A stretch of 64,000 nt of DNA. It comes from Utricularia gibba. Lineage: Eukaryota; Plantae; Magnoliophyta. The stretch covers positions 1,798,001 to 1,862,000 of the forward strand of contig NEEC01000016.1 in assembly GCA_002189035.1 (NCBI GenBank). The letters run 5' to 3'. This document shows, one piece after another, positions 1 through 12,800 of the stretch. Numbering within the stretch: position 1 is the stretch's first letter; the number at the start of each line of letters is the position of its first letter. Both the position numbers and the translations under genes were made by a program. The notes beneath the pieces are model-generated. The model had not been told where the DNA came from. It was given only the letters and a program-made list of their open reading frames with translations, and searched no databases.

Positions 1-2049
1 ATCTACAATGTTTCAATACTCACAATTCTAACAAGGTAATATACTTTTAGTCCAATTTTTCTTCTAATCCACCTACTAGACTTAATTAAACATCAGTAAC
101 ATAAGGTGGACTAAATCAAAGGATTTAGTATACTTTCCAACATATATACAAAATTAACATAAAAAACATGTAAAATATGAAAAACCGCACAAACCTAACC
201 TAAACCACAACAATACATTATAATTTTGTATTATAAAATATTAAGAAAATGTGTCATCAGAATGCATTCATTGAATCAATATAAACATCATGTTCATCCT
301 TTTTTTGCATTAGTGAGAGAGCTCCTACATATGCCCTAGGACTTTAAATGTCTAGAGGCAAGTCATGTAAATCTTCAATTGCAAATTCTACAGCAGCCTC
401 CTCAAAGTCTAGGCCAACAAGTATATCATTATCATCACATAAATTGCATGCCTCACCTACATACATGTCATCTCCAACTAGAAAGATGTAAGAGTCATCT
501 TGGTATTCATAATCCATATCTTGGTCATAATAATCAAAGAAGGTATCATGGTTGGAATAACTAGTTACATATTGATAGTCCATACCATGATTGCTATAGT
601 AGTTGGGATTGTTCAAAAATTGAGATTTCGAACCTAAAACCGATGAAAAATATGAAATCAATAGTAAGTATTATACTGTGATATTCTCAATCCTTATGTA
701 TAAAATCATTTTACACCTTTAGAATGATGATAGGACTGATACAAAGTTTCAAAACAATTATAGTTGTTGAAGTTTTGTTGAAATTGTGGGTAATCATAAT
801 GTTATGAGTATTGTGGCTATTGTGGACTAAGGGACATTGCAACTTTCTCTTAAAGAATAAACATTAAAAATAAAAAATGAAGACCTATAAAGTGATTTTT
901 AAATCATAAAAATTAGTCATTACCAATAAATTTATAATTAATTTTTTATTATAACATGGAATACGTTAGTTTTCGATCATAGAAAAATCACAATAATCAA
1001 ATTTTTAATTTTATAACAAGAATAATGCGTTCAAAGTAATTCTACTTGTTTACAATTTTTAAAAAATATCATTGTGATTAACAACCAATCAAATCAATCA
1101 AGATATTCTTTACTAAGTATGAATTAAAGTAATAACGATATTTTTGTCTAACAACTAAAAAAAATAAAAAAGAAAGATATGTGAAATAGTCATTATTTAA
1201 AAACTTAAATACTTCAAAGAAAAGAAAAATATTGTAATTACGAATTAGTAATTTTTTTCGAATTCACAAAAAATTATATATAATTTTTTCTAAGATGATG
1301 ATGAACAAACTATTAAGTTATATTGTAAGATTAAAATTTCAATATCAAAATCAGATCTATTCGGGTCCAAAATAAAGGAGAGATCTATTGAATCATTAAC
1401 ATTGATATAACTTGCAGTGTAGGAATAAATGTTGTAGAACTTGACATATAATCAAACATTATCACAATCCACTATGATTCCTAGCTCATTTTCAATAGTT
1501 CAATAGCTTTCTCCAGGAAAATTTCATTTCACCAATAAAATTTTCACTACTTCTGAATCATACGCATGGTGGATTGATGAACCACTTTATATCGACCCTC
1601 CAACATAGAATTTCATAGTAAATTTGGCCATTGGCTCGAGAATTGAGTAATTGAATGTGAAGTTTGGATTGGAGGTCGAGAAAACAAGAAAAACAAAAGA
1701 GAAGGAATCACAGGAGCATTCTTGAGGTGAAATCCGAATACTACAAAACGAAGAGGAACGAGGAAATGAGGGATACCAAGGGGGGAATACAATTCCATTC
1801 ATCTTAATGAATTGATTTTACAACTCATTCAATGGAGTAATATTAGAGACATGTGATTGTCTTGAGATGTGTAATATTCCACTACTACTTTACCGAATGT
1901 CATTGTACAAAACACAACACATCTATAGAAAACATGCATATTTCTAACACTTTTTTTACTTGAGACATTTTTCCAACTCATATTTTTTAAATATGTATTT
2001 TACTAGCCTAGCTCTCTATACTCACCATCAAAGCCTTAAGTACATGTTT

Positions 2050-5000
2050 ACATAATAGGAGCTGAGCTTGTGCCAACTAAGATGGATGTAGCTTGTCAAG
2101 GAGAATGAAAATGGAGATAAACACCATCCCACAATCGCAAATATAGTTGCAGATGGTCTAAGCAAAGGACCCATGGCCATGCAAAAAGAAGCACTAGAAG
2201 AAGGGGTAGACCTCCTATGAAGGTTAGAATAATTAATAGTGACCTTTAAGTCGAGCCCACCATCATCGCAAGACTATGAGGAGTTAGCAATGAGAATACT
2301 TGCGATTGGAATGACATTTACTGGAGCATATAGAGAAAGGACCCTTCCAAATGCGTGATGATGGCACTATCGTTAGGAAGAGTCAGATTTGGGTAATGAT
2401 GCATTACAAACTCATGACATACTTTCTTCTCGAAACACACATATCTTGTCTAACCACCCATTTTGGAAGTATCAAGATGTATACTTTTGACAAAATTAAT
2501 GATTGGAGTGAATGAAATGAGAGGTATTAAGAGGAAAAATAATTTTAGAAAAATTTTGAATAAATATTCTATAGAAGTCATGTTCCAAAAATGATCTAAC
2601 ACCCTTCACACCAATCGAATATGACAATCTAGTCATAATCTCATTTTTTACTTTATCTACTTCAATATCTTTCCCAGAAATAACATGATTGAGAACAATT
2701 CCATAATCAACCATAAAGTGACATTTTCTAAAATTAAGAATAAGATTTTTTTCATCACATTTTTGCAATACTTGATCCAAATGATCTAAATATGCCTCAT
2801 AATTTTCTCCATATACCATAAATTATCCATAAAAAATTCAATAAAATCCTCATCAAAATAAGAGAAAATACTCATCATACATTTTGAAAGGTAGGAAAGA
2901 CATTGCACAACTCAAAGAGCATACTTCTCAAGGTATAGGTTCCAAATGGACAAGCAAAAGTGGAATTGTCTTGGTCTGTATCGAAAATTGTTTGGTCTCT
3001 AGGTTCCAAACAAAAATATCGTCTTCCTATTCTTTTAGCATTTGATTAATGAAATATAAAGCGTAAGAGTCTTTTATAGTCACTTCATTCAACTTCCTAT
3101 AGTCTATGCAATCATGTCACTCATTTTGAACTCTTTGTGGCATCAGCTCTCCCTTCTCATTTTCCACTGCCATCATGCCCGTTTCTTGGGTACCACAAGG
3201 ATTTGATTCATGCATTCGCTGTTTGCGATGGAGTAGATGATACATGCATCATGAAGTTTAACAATTTCTTTTTTTATCACTTCCATCATGTTTGGGTTGT
3301 GGCGTCTTTGTGGCTGCCGAACAAGTTTGACTCCATCTTTTAAAAGAATCTTGTGCATACATATAAAAGGAGAGATTCCTTCAATATTTTCAAGGGTCCA
3401 ACCAATCGTCTTCTTGTTTTTTATTAGCATCTCAGAGCAGCAGTGATTCTTGATTTAAATTGAGACTATTATAGATGATAACAGGGTTATTCATTTCTGC
3501 ATCAAAAAATGTGTACTTCAGATGCATTCGCAATGGCTTCAACTCAACTGCTGTCACCAACTAAGTTGCTTGAATTTTCAAGTTTTTGATTGCTTGTTGG
3601 TTCTCAACCTAATTCTTGAGGGATTAGATCATAAAAGTCTTCAAAATTTCCTCCAAAGAATTTCCAGAATTTCCTCCAAGGCTGTTGTGATTTGGAGACT
3701 AGAATTGTTGTTGAATCTATTGGTTTTGCTCTGAAATGATGTAGCCTAATATGAATGTTGCTACTGCTTTTAAAAATTCTGCTAGAACCCCTACTAACCT
3801 GAACTTGAGCTCTCACCTTTATTAAAATGGACATTGTTGTTCCATCTAAAATTAGGATGATGCTTCTACCTGGGATTATAGATGTCTGAGTAGGGGTCAT
3901 ACTTCTAACTTGGTCGAGGCTCCATATATCCCATTATCTTCACATGTTCTTCCTCTAGCAAGTCAGGACATTTATCAGCAATGTGTCATATTCTATGATA
4001 ATTTCTGTAATTCATATTCTTAGTTTGGAATAAAAATAAATTCTTCATCATCTTAGACATTGCACCAACATTTTTCGTCTGCTCACTTGCTGATATCTTT
4101 TGCTTGCATTCCATCTCATAAACCCTCCTATTTGAAGCTTGTTTCCTAATGATATGTCTGGAATGTTCAACCAACTCCTCAAGTTACATAAGAACTTCGA
4201 TAGACATTTTTTTCCTCAAAAATCCTCCAACTACTGAATGCGCCATTGCTCCATCAGTACATAGCAGTCTAGCATAAAAATATTTGATCAAAGCATTGGT
4301 CTGAAATCCATGGTGTGGACAGGATCCTAGTTGTAAATTGAAATGCTCTTAAACAAATAACATCCTCAATCATTTCAACATTTTTGAAGACCATGTAGAC
4401 CACTGTGATATTGTCCAATTGTTCGTGTAGATTCTCTTCAATTTTTCCATAATATTTTTTTGGAAGTTGATGATCTCTAGTTTCAATTCATCGTCTGTTT
4501 AATCAGAAAATCTGATGCACAGCCCTCTGTACGTATGTTCCACTGCATCCACCTCATTTGGCATTTTCTCTTGTTCTTACATGATCAAATTAATTTAGTT
4601 ATCTGCTTCCTTAACACTCTTGCGTTTCTTTCTAGCAGCCCTCTCAAATTAAGTATTGAAATACATCAATTAAAACATACAACAATTAAACACCCCTACC
4701 CCACAATGGTACCAATTTGATAAACGGAAAATTTGTACATGTCATAGATATGCAAATTCATTTATCAAATAAAATTATAAGCCTAATTCATAGCTAATCA
4801 TACAAAAAATATGAGTATAGTGGATTAGGGTCGAAAATGAGGAGTTTTGTGCTTGTCATGTGAAATCTAATGCATTTTGTTTTTATCATAATTGTAGATT
4901 TAGTCTAAACTAAGATTAATTCAGTTCTTCGATAAAATACATTAAAGAAAAACAATAAACTAATAAAATCGGTTGATGTTTAGAAAGAAATGAGATGATA

Positions 5001-5690
5001 CCTTGTGACTCCTAGGAGTAGCATGATCATCATTTCATTAACTCACCCAACCAAAAAAATCATTCATGAAACTTAACAAAAATTCAAGTCTACCTAAACA
5101 TATGTTTTCTTTTAACCTTTGGTCTACCTCTAATTAGAATTTTCTACTGATGAACATTCCACTGCTTCAATCTCCTGGATCTCTCTTGGTTTGATAAGGA
5201 ACTAATGTGATTTTTTTGCTAATGTGGTCCAATAATCAACAATCATGTTCACTCCTTTTGTTCCAAGGCATCACATGGTGCTTAACTACTAATGTGGAAA
5301 GAAAATAAAACATGTTCATAAAATATCATCCACAACATATTCAAGTTGCAATAGGATAAAAGAAAGAACATAAATAATAATTAAAAATATAAATAATTTC
5401 GTACAAAATGTTAAAATGTTTACATTGTACTCCCAAGTGGAAGTAGTGTTCTTAAATAAAAGTGCACTACTACGGTACTTTTGTGCTTAGTCCCAACTAA
5501 GACTAAAAGTGCACTCCTACGGAACTTATGTGCAAAAATATAGAAACAGACAATTAAGCTTAATTTTTGTAGCACAAAATGAGTAAATTACATGCATTGA
5601 GCCACTCAAAAATATGTGTTATCAACATAACACAATCTAACCTTGTATTAGTGAAACCAAGTCTCAAGTCTCCATATGATTATTAATAAC
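2050..5690 (-). mobile_element. Degenerate Athila-like Ty3/gypsy LTR retrotransposon remnant (5' LTR ~4718-5690, gag and RT fragments)
   Basis: RT fragments in ORFs 3173-3430 (IGWTLENIEGISPFICMHKILL...PQRRHNPNMMEVIKKEIVKL) and 2496-2819 (LQKCDEKNLILNFRKCHFMV) resemble Athila pol. The LTR-like terminus TGATA at 4718 adjoins a decayed tRNA-Asp-type PBS (minus TGGTACCATTGTGGGG, 4697-4714). Many stops. Outer boundaries approximate. Confidence 0.75.
5458..5533. repeat. Two 29-bp direct repeats separated by a short inverted spacer
   Basis: aaaagtgcactactacggtacttttgtgc (5458-5486) and aaaagtgcactcctacggaacttatgtgc (5505-5533). The spacer ttagtc...gactaa is self-complementary. Lies inside the Athila-like LTR. 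Confidence 0.7.
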
Positions 5691-6129
5691 CGTCCAGTCC
5701 TTTTAATTTTGTTGCTTTTTTGAGTATGGGTTTTAAAGTATTTTACTTTTTTTATTGTTATAAAAATATAAAATAATCAATTTATTGTAGAAACAATCTT
5801 ATTTTATTACATCCATTGAGTTAAGTTTTGTTTAATATGTATGTTGTATTCAAATAATTTTTGTCCCATGAATTGAATAAACATATGGGTAAATATAAAT
5901 GGAAATAAAAATGTTGATTTATTTGAACCTAACAAATCATTTTCATTTTTAAATTAATATATTCCAAAGAACTTTTTGCTTCATTTATATAAAAAAAAAT
6001 AACAAGCAATTCCAAGGACCCATCCAGACGTGATAAGATGTTGACACGGTATTTTTTTTAATTAAATAAATAATTTAATAATAAATTTTAAAAAATTGAT
6101 CATGAAATTTGAATTAAAAAATACAAATA

Positions 6130-6600
6130 GTATTTTTCTTTAAAAAACAATCCCACGCTAATACCTCCATAATAATAATGGAGGTAATTTAATAGTAAAT
6201 GAATTAAACAATACTTATAGTTATTTTCTTTAAATTAAAAAATAATGCCAGTCAATACCTCAATAAACTATGTTGTTAGTGGTATTCTTTAATTAAAATA
6301 GTAAATTTAATAAGAAAATTCGTGTGGCTGATATAGAATTTCTTAATTAAAATATTTATTTTAAATGGATAGAACAAAACCACGTTCAATTCCTTCTTTA
6401 AAAAAAAACAAGTCCACATTAGTACCGCAATCAGGATTAATGTATTGATATGATAATTTTCAATTTAATAGTAAATTATAAATAATTGATTTTTTTTAAA
6501 GAAATAATTGATCCGCTTGATTTAGTTGCTTCTTTTTTAAAAAAAAAATAAGTCCACGTCAGTATTAATGTATTGACGTTATATTTCTTATTTAAAAAAT
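6130..6600. repeat. Degenerate AT-rich tandem subrepeats (about 4 units)
   Basis: Recurring units begin tttcttt-(a)n-caa/taa-(g)tccac...(g)tattaat/atacc...aatagtaaat at about 6135, 6225, 6390 and 6530. Confidence 0.4.
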
Positions 6601-6989
6601 TTAATTTGAAACTAAATTTTACGATTAATTTCTTTCCTTTTAAAACATTATGAGGAAATCCAGGATTGCAATGCTTTTTTCATTTAAATGTTTTTAAAAT
6701 AATTATATTTCTGTATTTTCGGATGATGAAATTATTTTTTTATTTTTAAAATTTATTGTCAAACTGCTTGAGGGATATCTTTGTCTCTTGTTACCCGAGT
6801 CCAATTTTGTAGTAACTTTGGGCCAACATATTTCAACCTGCTGGCATTGGTGGGCCCCTTCCATATCCCTTTTGTTTGGAATTTTTATGAAAATAAAAAA
6901 AGAAAATAGTTGGATGTGTTGTGCTTTAAAATGGGCACCAGATGGCAGATAGTAAGGCGAAAGGTGATTGGAGAATAGAACTCCCCAAA

Positions 6990-8111
6990 ATGGCTCCGAT
7001 CGTCATGATGCTTCTTTCCATGTTCTTCCTCGGGGTGGCTCCGGCGGCGGCCTACGCGGCGCCGCCTTTCAAGAGAATTTACGCCTTCGGGGACTCCTAT
7101 ACCGACACCGGAAACACGAGAACTTCCACCGGTCCTACCGCATTCAACTACGTCTCCAACCCACCTTACGGCCTCACGTACTTCCATCATCCAACCAACC
7201 GGTACTCCGATGGCCGCATCGTCATCGACTTCGTTGCAGAGTCCCTCTCCTTGCCCTTTCTGCCGCCGTACCGGGACGCCCAAGCTGATAGATCGCACGG
7301 CGTCTGTTTCGCCGTCGCGGGAGCTACTGCGATCAGACACGGGTTTTTTCAGGAGAACAACATCACGTTCAATCTTGTTCCTCAGTCACTGCAAACGCAG
7401 CTTCTCTGGTTCAATAGGACCATGAAAGCCGTCGGCTGTGACGACTCGTTTACTACTCCCCATGCATGTAAAGATTCTTTGGGCGATGCTTTGATCTGGA
7501 TCGGAGAAATAGGAGCCAACGACTACACCTCCGCTATTGGATCCTCTGTTTCTGATCAGACTCTAAGAGCCTTGGCGGTGAACAGCGTCGCCAGGTTCAT
7601 ACAGGTGCTGATCAACAAGGGAGTCAGGTACGTGGCAGTTCAGGGTCTGCCGGCGGTGGGCTGCGAGACCTACTCCTTCACCCTGGCCGCGCCGGAGGAC
7701 AGAGACGAGATGGGATGCGTGGCGTCGGTGAACCAAAGGAGCGTCGCCCACAACGCCGCCACGCAGGCGTCGATCGTGGAGCTCCGGAAGCGGAATCCGG
7801 GAACCATGATCGTGTACGTGGACTACTACAATGCGCATCTCGCGGTACTGAAGAACACCAGGCGTCTCGGGTTCAAAGAGATATACAGAGCTTGCTGTGG
7901 GTACGGCGGCGGAGAGTACAACTTCGACGTCCTTAATGTTTGCGGGACGCCGGCCTCCACACCCTGCTCCGCCCCCTCGGAATATATCAACTGGGACGGG
8001 GCTCATTTCACGGAAGCAATGAACAAGGTACTAACGGACTCGTTTCTTAACGGTTCCTTCTCAAGCCCGCGCTTCGAGCTTCTGGTGGCGAAGAAACTCC
8101 GATCCGGCTGA
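6990..8111 (+). CDS. GDSL/SGNH esterase-lipase, single exon, secreted (At3g48460-like clade)
   Basis: Uninterrupted ORF. The hydrophobic signal peptide starts at ATG 6990 (MAPIVMMLLSMFFLGVAPAAAYA); an upstream in-frame ATG exists at 6942. Block I FGDSYTDTGN, RYSDGRIVIDF, FAVAGAT, block III IGANDY and block V WDGAHFTEA are present. Confidence 0.95.
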   Translation: MAPIVMMLLSMFFLGVAPAAAYAAPPFKRIYAFGDSYTDTGNTRTSTGPTAFNYVSNPPYGLTYFHHPTNRYSDGRIVIDFVAESLSLPFLPPYRDAQADRSHGVCFAVAGATAIRHGFFQENNITFNLVPQSLQTQLLWFNRTMKAVGCDDSFTTPHACKDSLGDALIWIGEIGANDYTSAIGSSVSDQTLRALAVNSVARFIQVLINKGVRYVAVQGLPAVGCETYSFTLAAPEDRDEMGCVASVNQRSVAHNAATQASIVELRKRNPGTMIVYVDYYNAHLAVLKNTRRLGFKEIYRACCGYGGGEYNFDVLNVCGTPASTPCSAPSEYINWDGAHFTEAMNKVLTDSFLNGSFSSPRFELLVAKKLRSG

Positions 8112-8459
8112 TCATATCTGAAGCAACTCCGAAATCCAAGCTTACGTTTCTGTGCGTCTGTCTGTTTGTGCTGGCGTTGATGGACTCGCTTCTGTCAAAT
8201 AAAAACAGGTGTTCTTGTTGCCGGTTACCATCATTTGTCTCATCATTCCCAATTGGCCTGAAGTGTCAAGTGTTGTATTATTATGATAACCACCCTTTTC
8301 CTTATCTGGAGCAGGGTGTAATGATACTGTTGGTTGAATTGTCCAAGTAAAGTATGACAAACGGGAACTGTCCAAGTTGAAAACCATTCAAATGGAAAAG
8401 CTCATCAAAATCAAGCACAGCACCTGAGAACATAAGGCATACCAAAATTTTTATGGATT

Positions 8460-9470
8460 TTAACTTGGGGGTGCACCACCACCACCCAAGGCACCCCCGG
8501 ATCCTCGTCCAAATCCAGGGCGCCCACCAGCACCCTGCATATGTTGATACAAACTGGTCACGAAATGAGGCAAATATTGAACAAGCATACGTTTTGCTTA
8601 GATCAGTACTACTCATGCAAGTTCAGGGAGGGCAATGCAGAATGCAGTTTCATACGGTAACTTACCCTGAATGCAGGTTGGTAATCAGCAGGTGCTCCAC
8701 CTTTATCACCACCAAATTCACCTGGTGGCCCTCTTGGACCAGCGCGGTATCCATCCCGATCGCCAAAACGAGGCCTGTCGCCCTCGAATCTTGGAGGTCC
8801 ACTGTGGAACAGATAAACACAGTATTACCCGAGTCACACGTCACATACGAAATACATTAAAGTTGGGAATCGCCAACACCGAACTACTTTGTGCGGCATC
8901 ACATTTAATGTTCAAAACTACTATATACCAAGAACGAACTATTACCGTGGGCGATCGCCAGGGGGTCCGCCTGTTGGTCGCCCAACAGGCCTAGCAGACT
9001 TCTTGAGAGTAGCGGGAACAATCTCTGAAGGAAGATTAAGGTATGTGCGCAGAAACTCGATGCCATCATTGGTTAGATACCAATAGTAATGCATCCAAGC
9101 AAACGTCTCCCGCACATACTCCTTAGACTTGAAGCTCTGCATGAGCTTAATTACCTGCAGATTTGGGACATCGATTTCTGGGTGCTTCGCCAGGTTGAAG
9201 TCCTTCTTGGCATAGCAAACACCCTCTGAAAATTACAGAAAAGGCATTACAAATCAACATCTCACGAACCGAAAGCATACTCACTACCTTACGGACACAT
9301 TAATTACAACACGTGGTAGTCCATAAAATTCTAACCCTGGAAGAGATACTTCGAGATCTCTCGCCTGTTCTTCTCAGGAATGATCTGAAACAATCAACTC
9401 CAAAATGAAATCATTTCCTGCAAACGCAGAGCAATAACCGGAAGTAAACGTTTAACGAAGATTTCACCAT
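8460..9470 (-). CDS. RPS10: 40S ribosomal protein S10 (eS10), 5 coding exons with an ATG-only first exon
   Basis: ATG|gtgaaat at 9470. Spliced exons give [95 protein letters not shown]...[19 protein letters not shown]...[23 protein letters not shown]...PPS*. GT-AG junctions throughout. Confidence 0.97.
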
Positions 9471-9528
9471 GGTGAGCGTTGCAAACGGAGAATTGCCGGA
9501 GAAGGACGCCTCCTACGACGCTTAACAA

Positions 9529-9745
9529 AAACCCTAATCCAAATGGATTTGGGTCTTCGGCTCTTCGGTATATAGTATATTACTCCGCAACGGGCCTTGT
9601 TAGAAAACAAGAGATAGACCTACAGACGTTCTTCATCCATTCGAAGGGAACAGAATTTCTTTGGGCCCTCATTTTCATCAATCAGAGCCCATTGCAATGC
9701 ACTACGGGCCCGGACGAGTCTCCATATACTTGAGGTAAAGGCCCA
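9529..9745 (-). promoter_or_regulatory. RPS10 promoter: telo-box plus site II elements
   Basis: AAACCCTAA at 9529-9537; TGGGCC/AGCCCA/GGCCCA at 9662, 9686 and 9740. This combination is established for plant ribosomal protein genes. Confidence 0.75.
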
Positions 9746-9789
9746 TGCCTTTGTCCCAATCCCGGATTGTTCGTGGATCTGCTCCGCGT

Positions 9790-9872
9790 TCTCCACCCCG
9801 ACATGGAGCTTCGGGCGGCGCAGAAACTCCCATCCGGCTGATCGCATCTGAAACAATTTGAGTTTGCGTTTC
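9790..9872 (+). pseudogene. Orphan duplicate of the GDSL gene 3' end (last codons, stop and start of 3' UTR)
   Basis: 9806-9856 matches 8076-8126 at 44 of 51 positions by manual alignment, including cggcTGA at the GDSL stop. Confidence 0.8.
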
Positions 9873-12800
9873 AGCAGCGAGTGTAAGTTGGGAGTTTGAT
9901 GTGAGTCTTGTTCAAGAAATTAATGCACTAAATGTAGCGAGCTTTAGTGGAATCATCAAATCAATTGGGTCTCAACAACAAAATATCATAAATGACGTTA
10001 AAATATTGATCAAAATCAAGCGATATTGATGAATTCATTTTACTCATTGAAATAAACAAAAGAATATTCTTATATTTAGAATCACTATAATCATTATTTC
10101 TCATGTGAATTCATCAATTCAAAAGTAACTCATCTTTGAAATAAGTAACTAGATTACGTAATTGGTTCATCTCAATCAATAGAAGTACCTTAAAACATTC
10201 AAAATTAAAGATTGATCGGCTAGAGAATGGAACAAATGAGCTAGTCCTATGCGAAATTTCGATTGCCCGTCTATTCTATTAAAGAACCAACCTCCCTATA
10301 TATGGGTTGGGTACTAACATCAAAGGAACAGTGAGTTGATTTTGTGAGAATGGCTAGTATTTGTAAGTGCAATTCATTAATTTTGTTCATCTTTGAATGA
10401 CATTTTACCTGTGATTTTTTTCTTTTGAAATTTCCATATAAAATTTGGTATTGTTTTTCATTTTTCATCAAAATTACACAAACACATCGTTATTATTGAA
10501 TTAAATATAATTCTACCAAGTGATGAGGGAAAATTCAGAAGATGTCACAAATCTAAAGATTTTACTCATCAAAATTAATTTATAAGTTGAACAACAATTC
10601 ATATTTCATTCGTAAAAAAATTAATGTAATAATAATAAATCCAAATCGATTCATATAAAGCAAACGATTTTTAGTTGTTAATCATATGTATAAGCTACAA
10701 TAAATAGAAGAGTATTAGGAAGTAGTTTTCTACTCTAACTAAATTAATAAGTTTTTTTTACTAGCTTCTAAACTAAAAAACAGAAAACATAATACGTAAA
10801 TTGATATTTAAAAAAACAAACAGTAATCATTGCAATTAATCTCAAATTAAATTCATCTTTGACTTTTTGAACTCTAATGGCACATGCTAAACAGTAAGAC
10901 AAAAACAAAAATAATCTATAGGAAAAATCACAACACAGATACTCAGAATAAAGAAGCTTAGGGTACAATGAAAGAGTGAAAGTCAACAAATAACAATAAT
11001 GGTTAAGCCATTGTCACTTATGGTGACAATGATGTAGATGCATTGGCTATTGAATATACAAATTACCTATCTTTAGCATCACAAAGTCCATCCCTATTAA
11101 ATGAATACTCGATATTGAACAAGGTTTTCATCTATCATGTATGCTCCAACTAGTAATGGTTCTCTACTTATGAAAGACAAGATATGAGAACAATCTTTGA
11201 TTTTAATGTAAAATAATTATATAATATATTATCAATATGTATTTAAATATTGATAAAAATTCAAAAATCGATGAATGTAATTTATTAAATAATAAGATAT
11301 TAGAAAAATATATTTATTGTGTTATTTTTTATGTATATTCACATAAAATTTGTAAGAAGACAAGCATAAAACTCTAACAGAGGGTAAAAATCAGAAATGA
11401 GAATCGAACTTAGGAAAATAAAGGAAGTCGCTAGAACTCTTCCAAGAAGGAAAAGAACAAACAGGTACCTGAAGAACTTGCAAAAAATGGCAATGATATC
11501 ATAAACCACAACATAAATGTTCTATATTTAATGCAAAGCTCATTGGATTTACATGGATTGGGAGTTCATCATTAACCATTTCATGTGGTTTTTTATCACA
11601 AATCTCATACTCATCCAGTACCAAAAATCTAGTCCTCAATTTCTTTGAAGTATGTATCTACAAACACGCATAAACATTGTATTAAAAAACAAATTACAGC
11701 AAACTCACATGAATAGTTCAATTTCGAACATAGTATAGTAGACAAAGTTGAATTTTAGCACTTACTTTGATTAATTTATCGAATTTTGAAAGCAGGAGGA
11801 GTAGGTCATATGGTTGCTAGATTACCTTTGATTGTCCTCAAAGTCAAATATTGCATATGTGTCCGTTTGTTGCCAATGACCAATGGCCAAGGTACGAGAT
11901 CATTACCCATCCATTAATGAAATATTCTAATCATGAACAATTTGCTATCTTCCTCAAACAAATAAAGTTGAAGATAATATTGTTCACCCTTCTCGACATC
12001 AAAATCCATGAGAAATGGCTAATCATGAACCTTGACTAAGACTAGTTACATAAAAAATTGTAACATCACATGTGGAAATATGTGAAATCTGAAAGAAATT
12101 CAGTAAATAACCTAGAAGACATTGAAGAAAAATTCATCAATTCCCAAAAACTAAAAAAATGTAAATCATGAATGGCAATGACAAATTATGGAGGAAGTTG
12201 GAGACATGATTGTGTGCAATTAAACAAAGACAATTTCCGAGTGATGAGAGAATATGAACAATACACAATTAATTAGAGGCTAGAAATTCTATCTGTAGAA
12301 AATGGGAGCTTAGGGGAATTTCATGTAAAAATTAGATTTGACAAGTATATTCATTAGTGTTATACTATTTAATATGTCATCTATTTTTATACTTTTGGTG
12401 TGATGAGAATAACAAGTTCAATATTATAGTCAACATTTGGTATTTCTTTTCCATTCCCACCAAAATATGAAAAGAATTATGAATAAGACACTAAATGAAC
12501 CACAGATTGTACACCATAAAATTAATAGGCATGTTGATATGACTAATATAAATAATTAGTGTAGTAAATACAATCACTATAGTCATAATGCCAAAAGTTA
12601 CAAATATATAGGCACAAAGTTAGCTTAACATATATCAAAAAAATATTAAACACGTACAATATTAATATTATAAAATTATTTTGTTTAATCAGAGTTATTT
12701 ATCAATTTTATTGAAATATGGTTATACTAAACTTTTTTTATGATTAGATCATAGGTTGCAAAGCAGAATCTCAATAGTTAATACTTCAAGTCACACCATA

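Noticed and set aside
344-661. 105-aa Asp/Tyr-rich ORF as a novel gene
   Set aside because: Low complexity, in TE-derived context, with no promoter or family motif; most likely a decayed TE frame.
1560-1830. Possible Mutator transposase N-terminus (MAKFTMKFYVGG)
   Set aside because: Only a few residues resemble the motif, with no downstream DDE domain or TIR; too weak to call.
7563-8006. Antisense and overlapping ORFs across the GDSL, DUF761 and SLEEPER genes
   Set aside because: Expected by-products of GC-rich coding sequence; no independent signals.
11400-12260. Degenerate coding-like stretch in AT-rich DNA
   Set aside because: Many stops in all frames and no recognisable domain; could not be supported as a feature.
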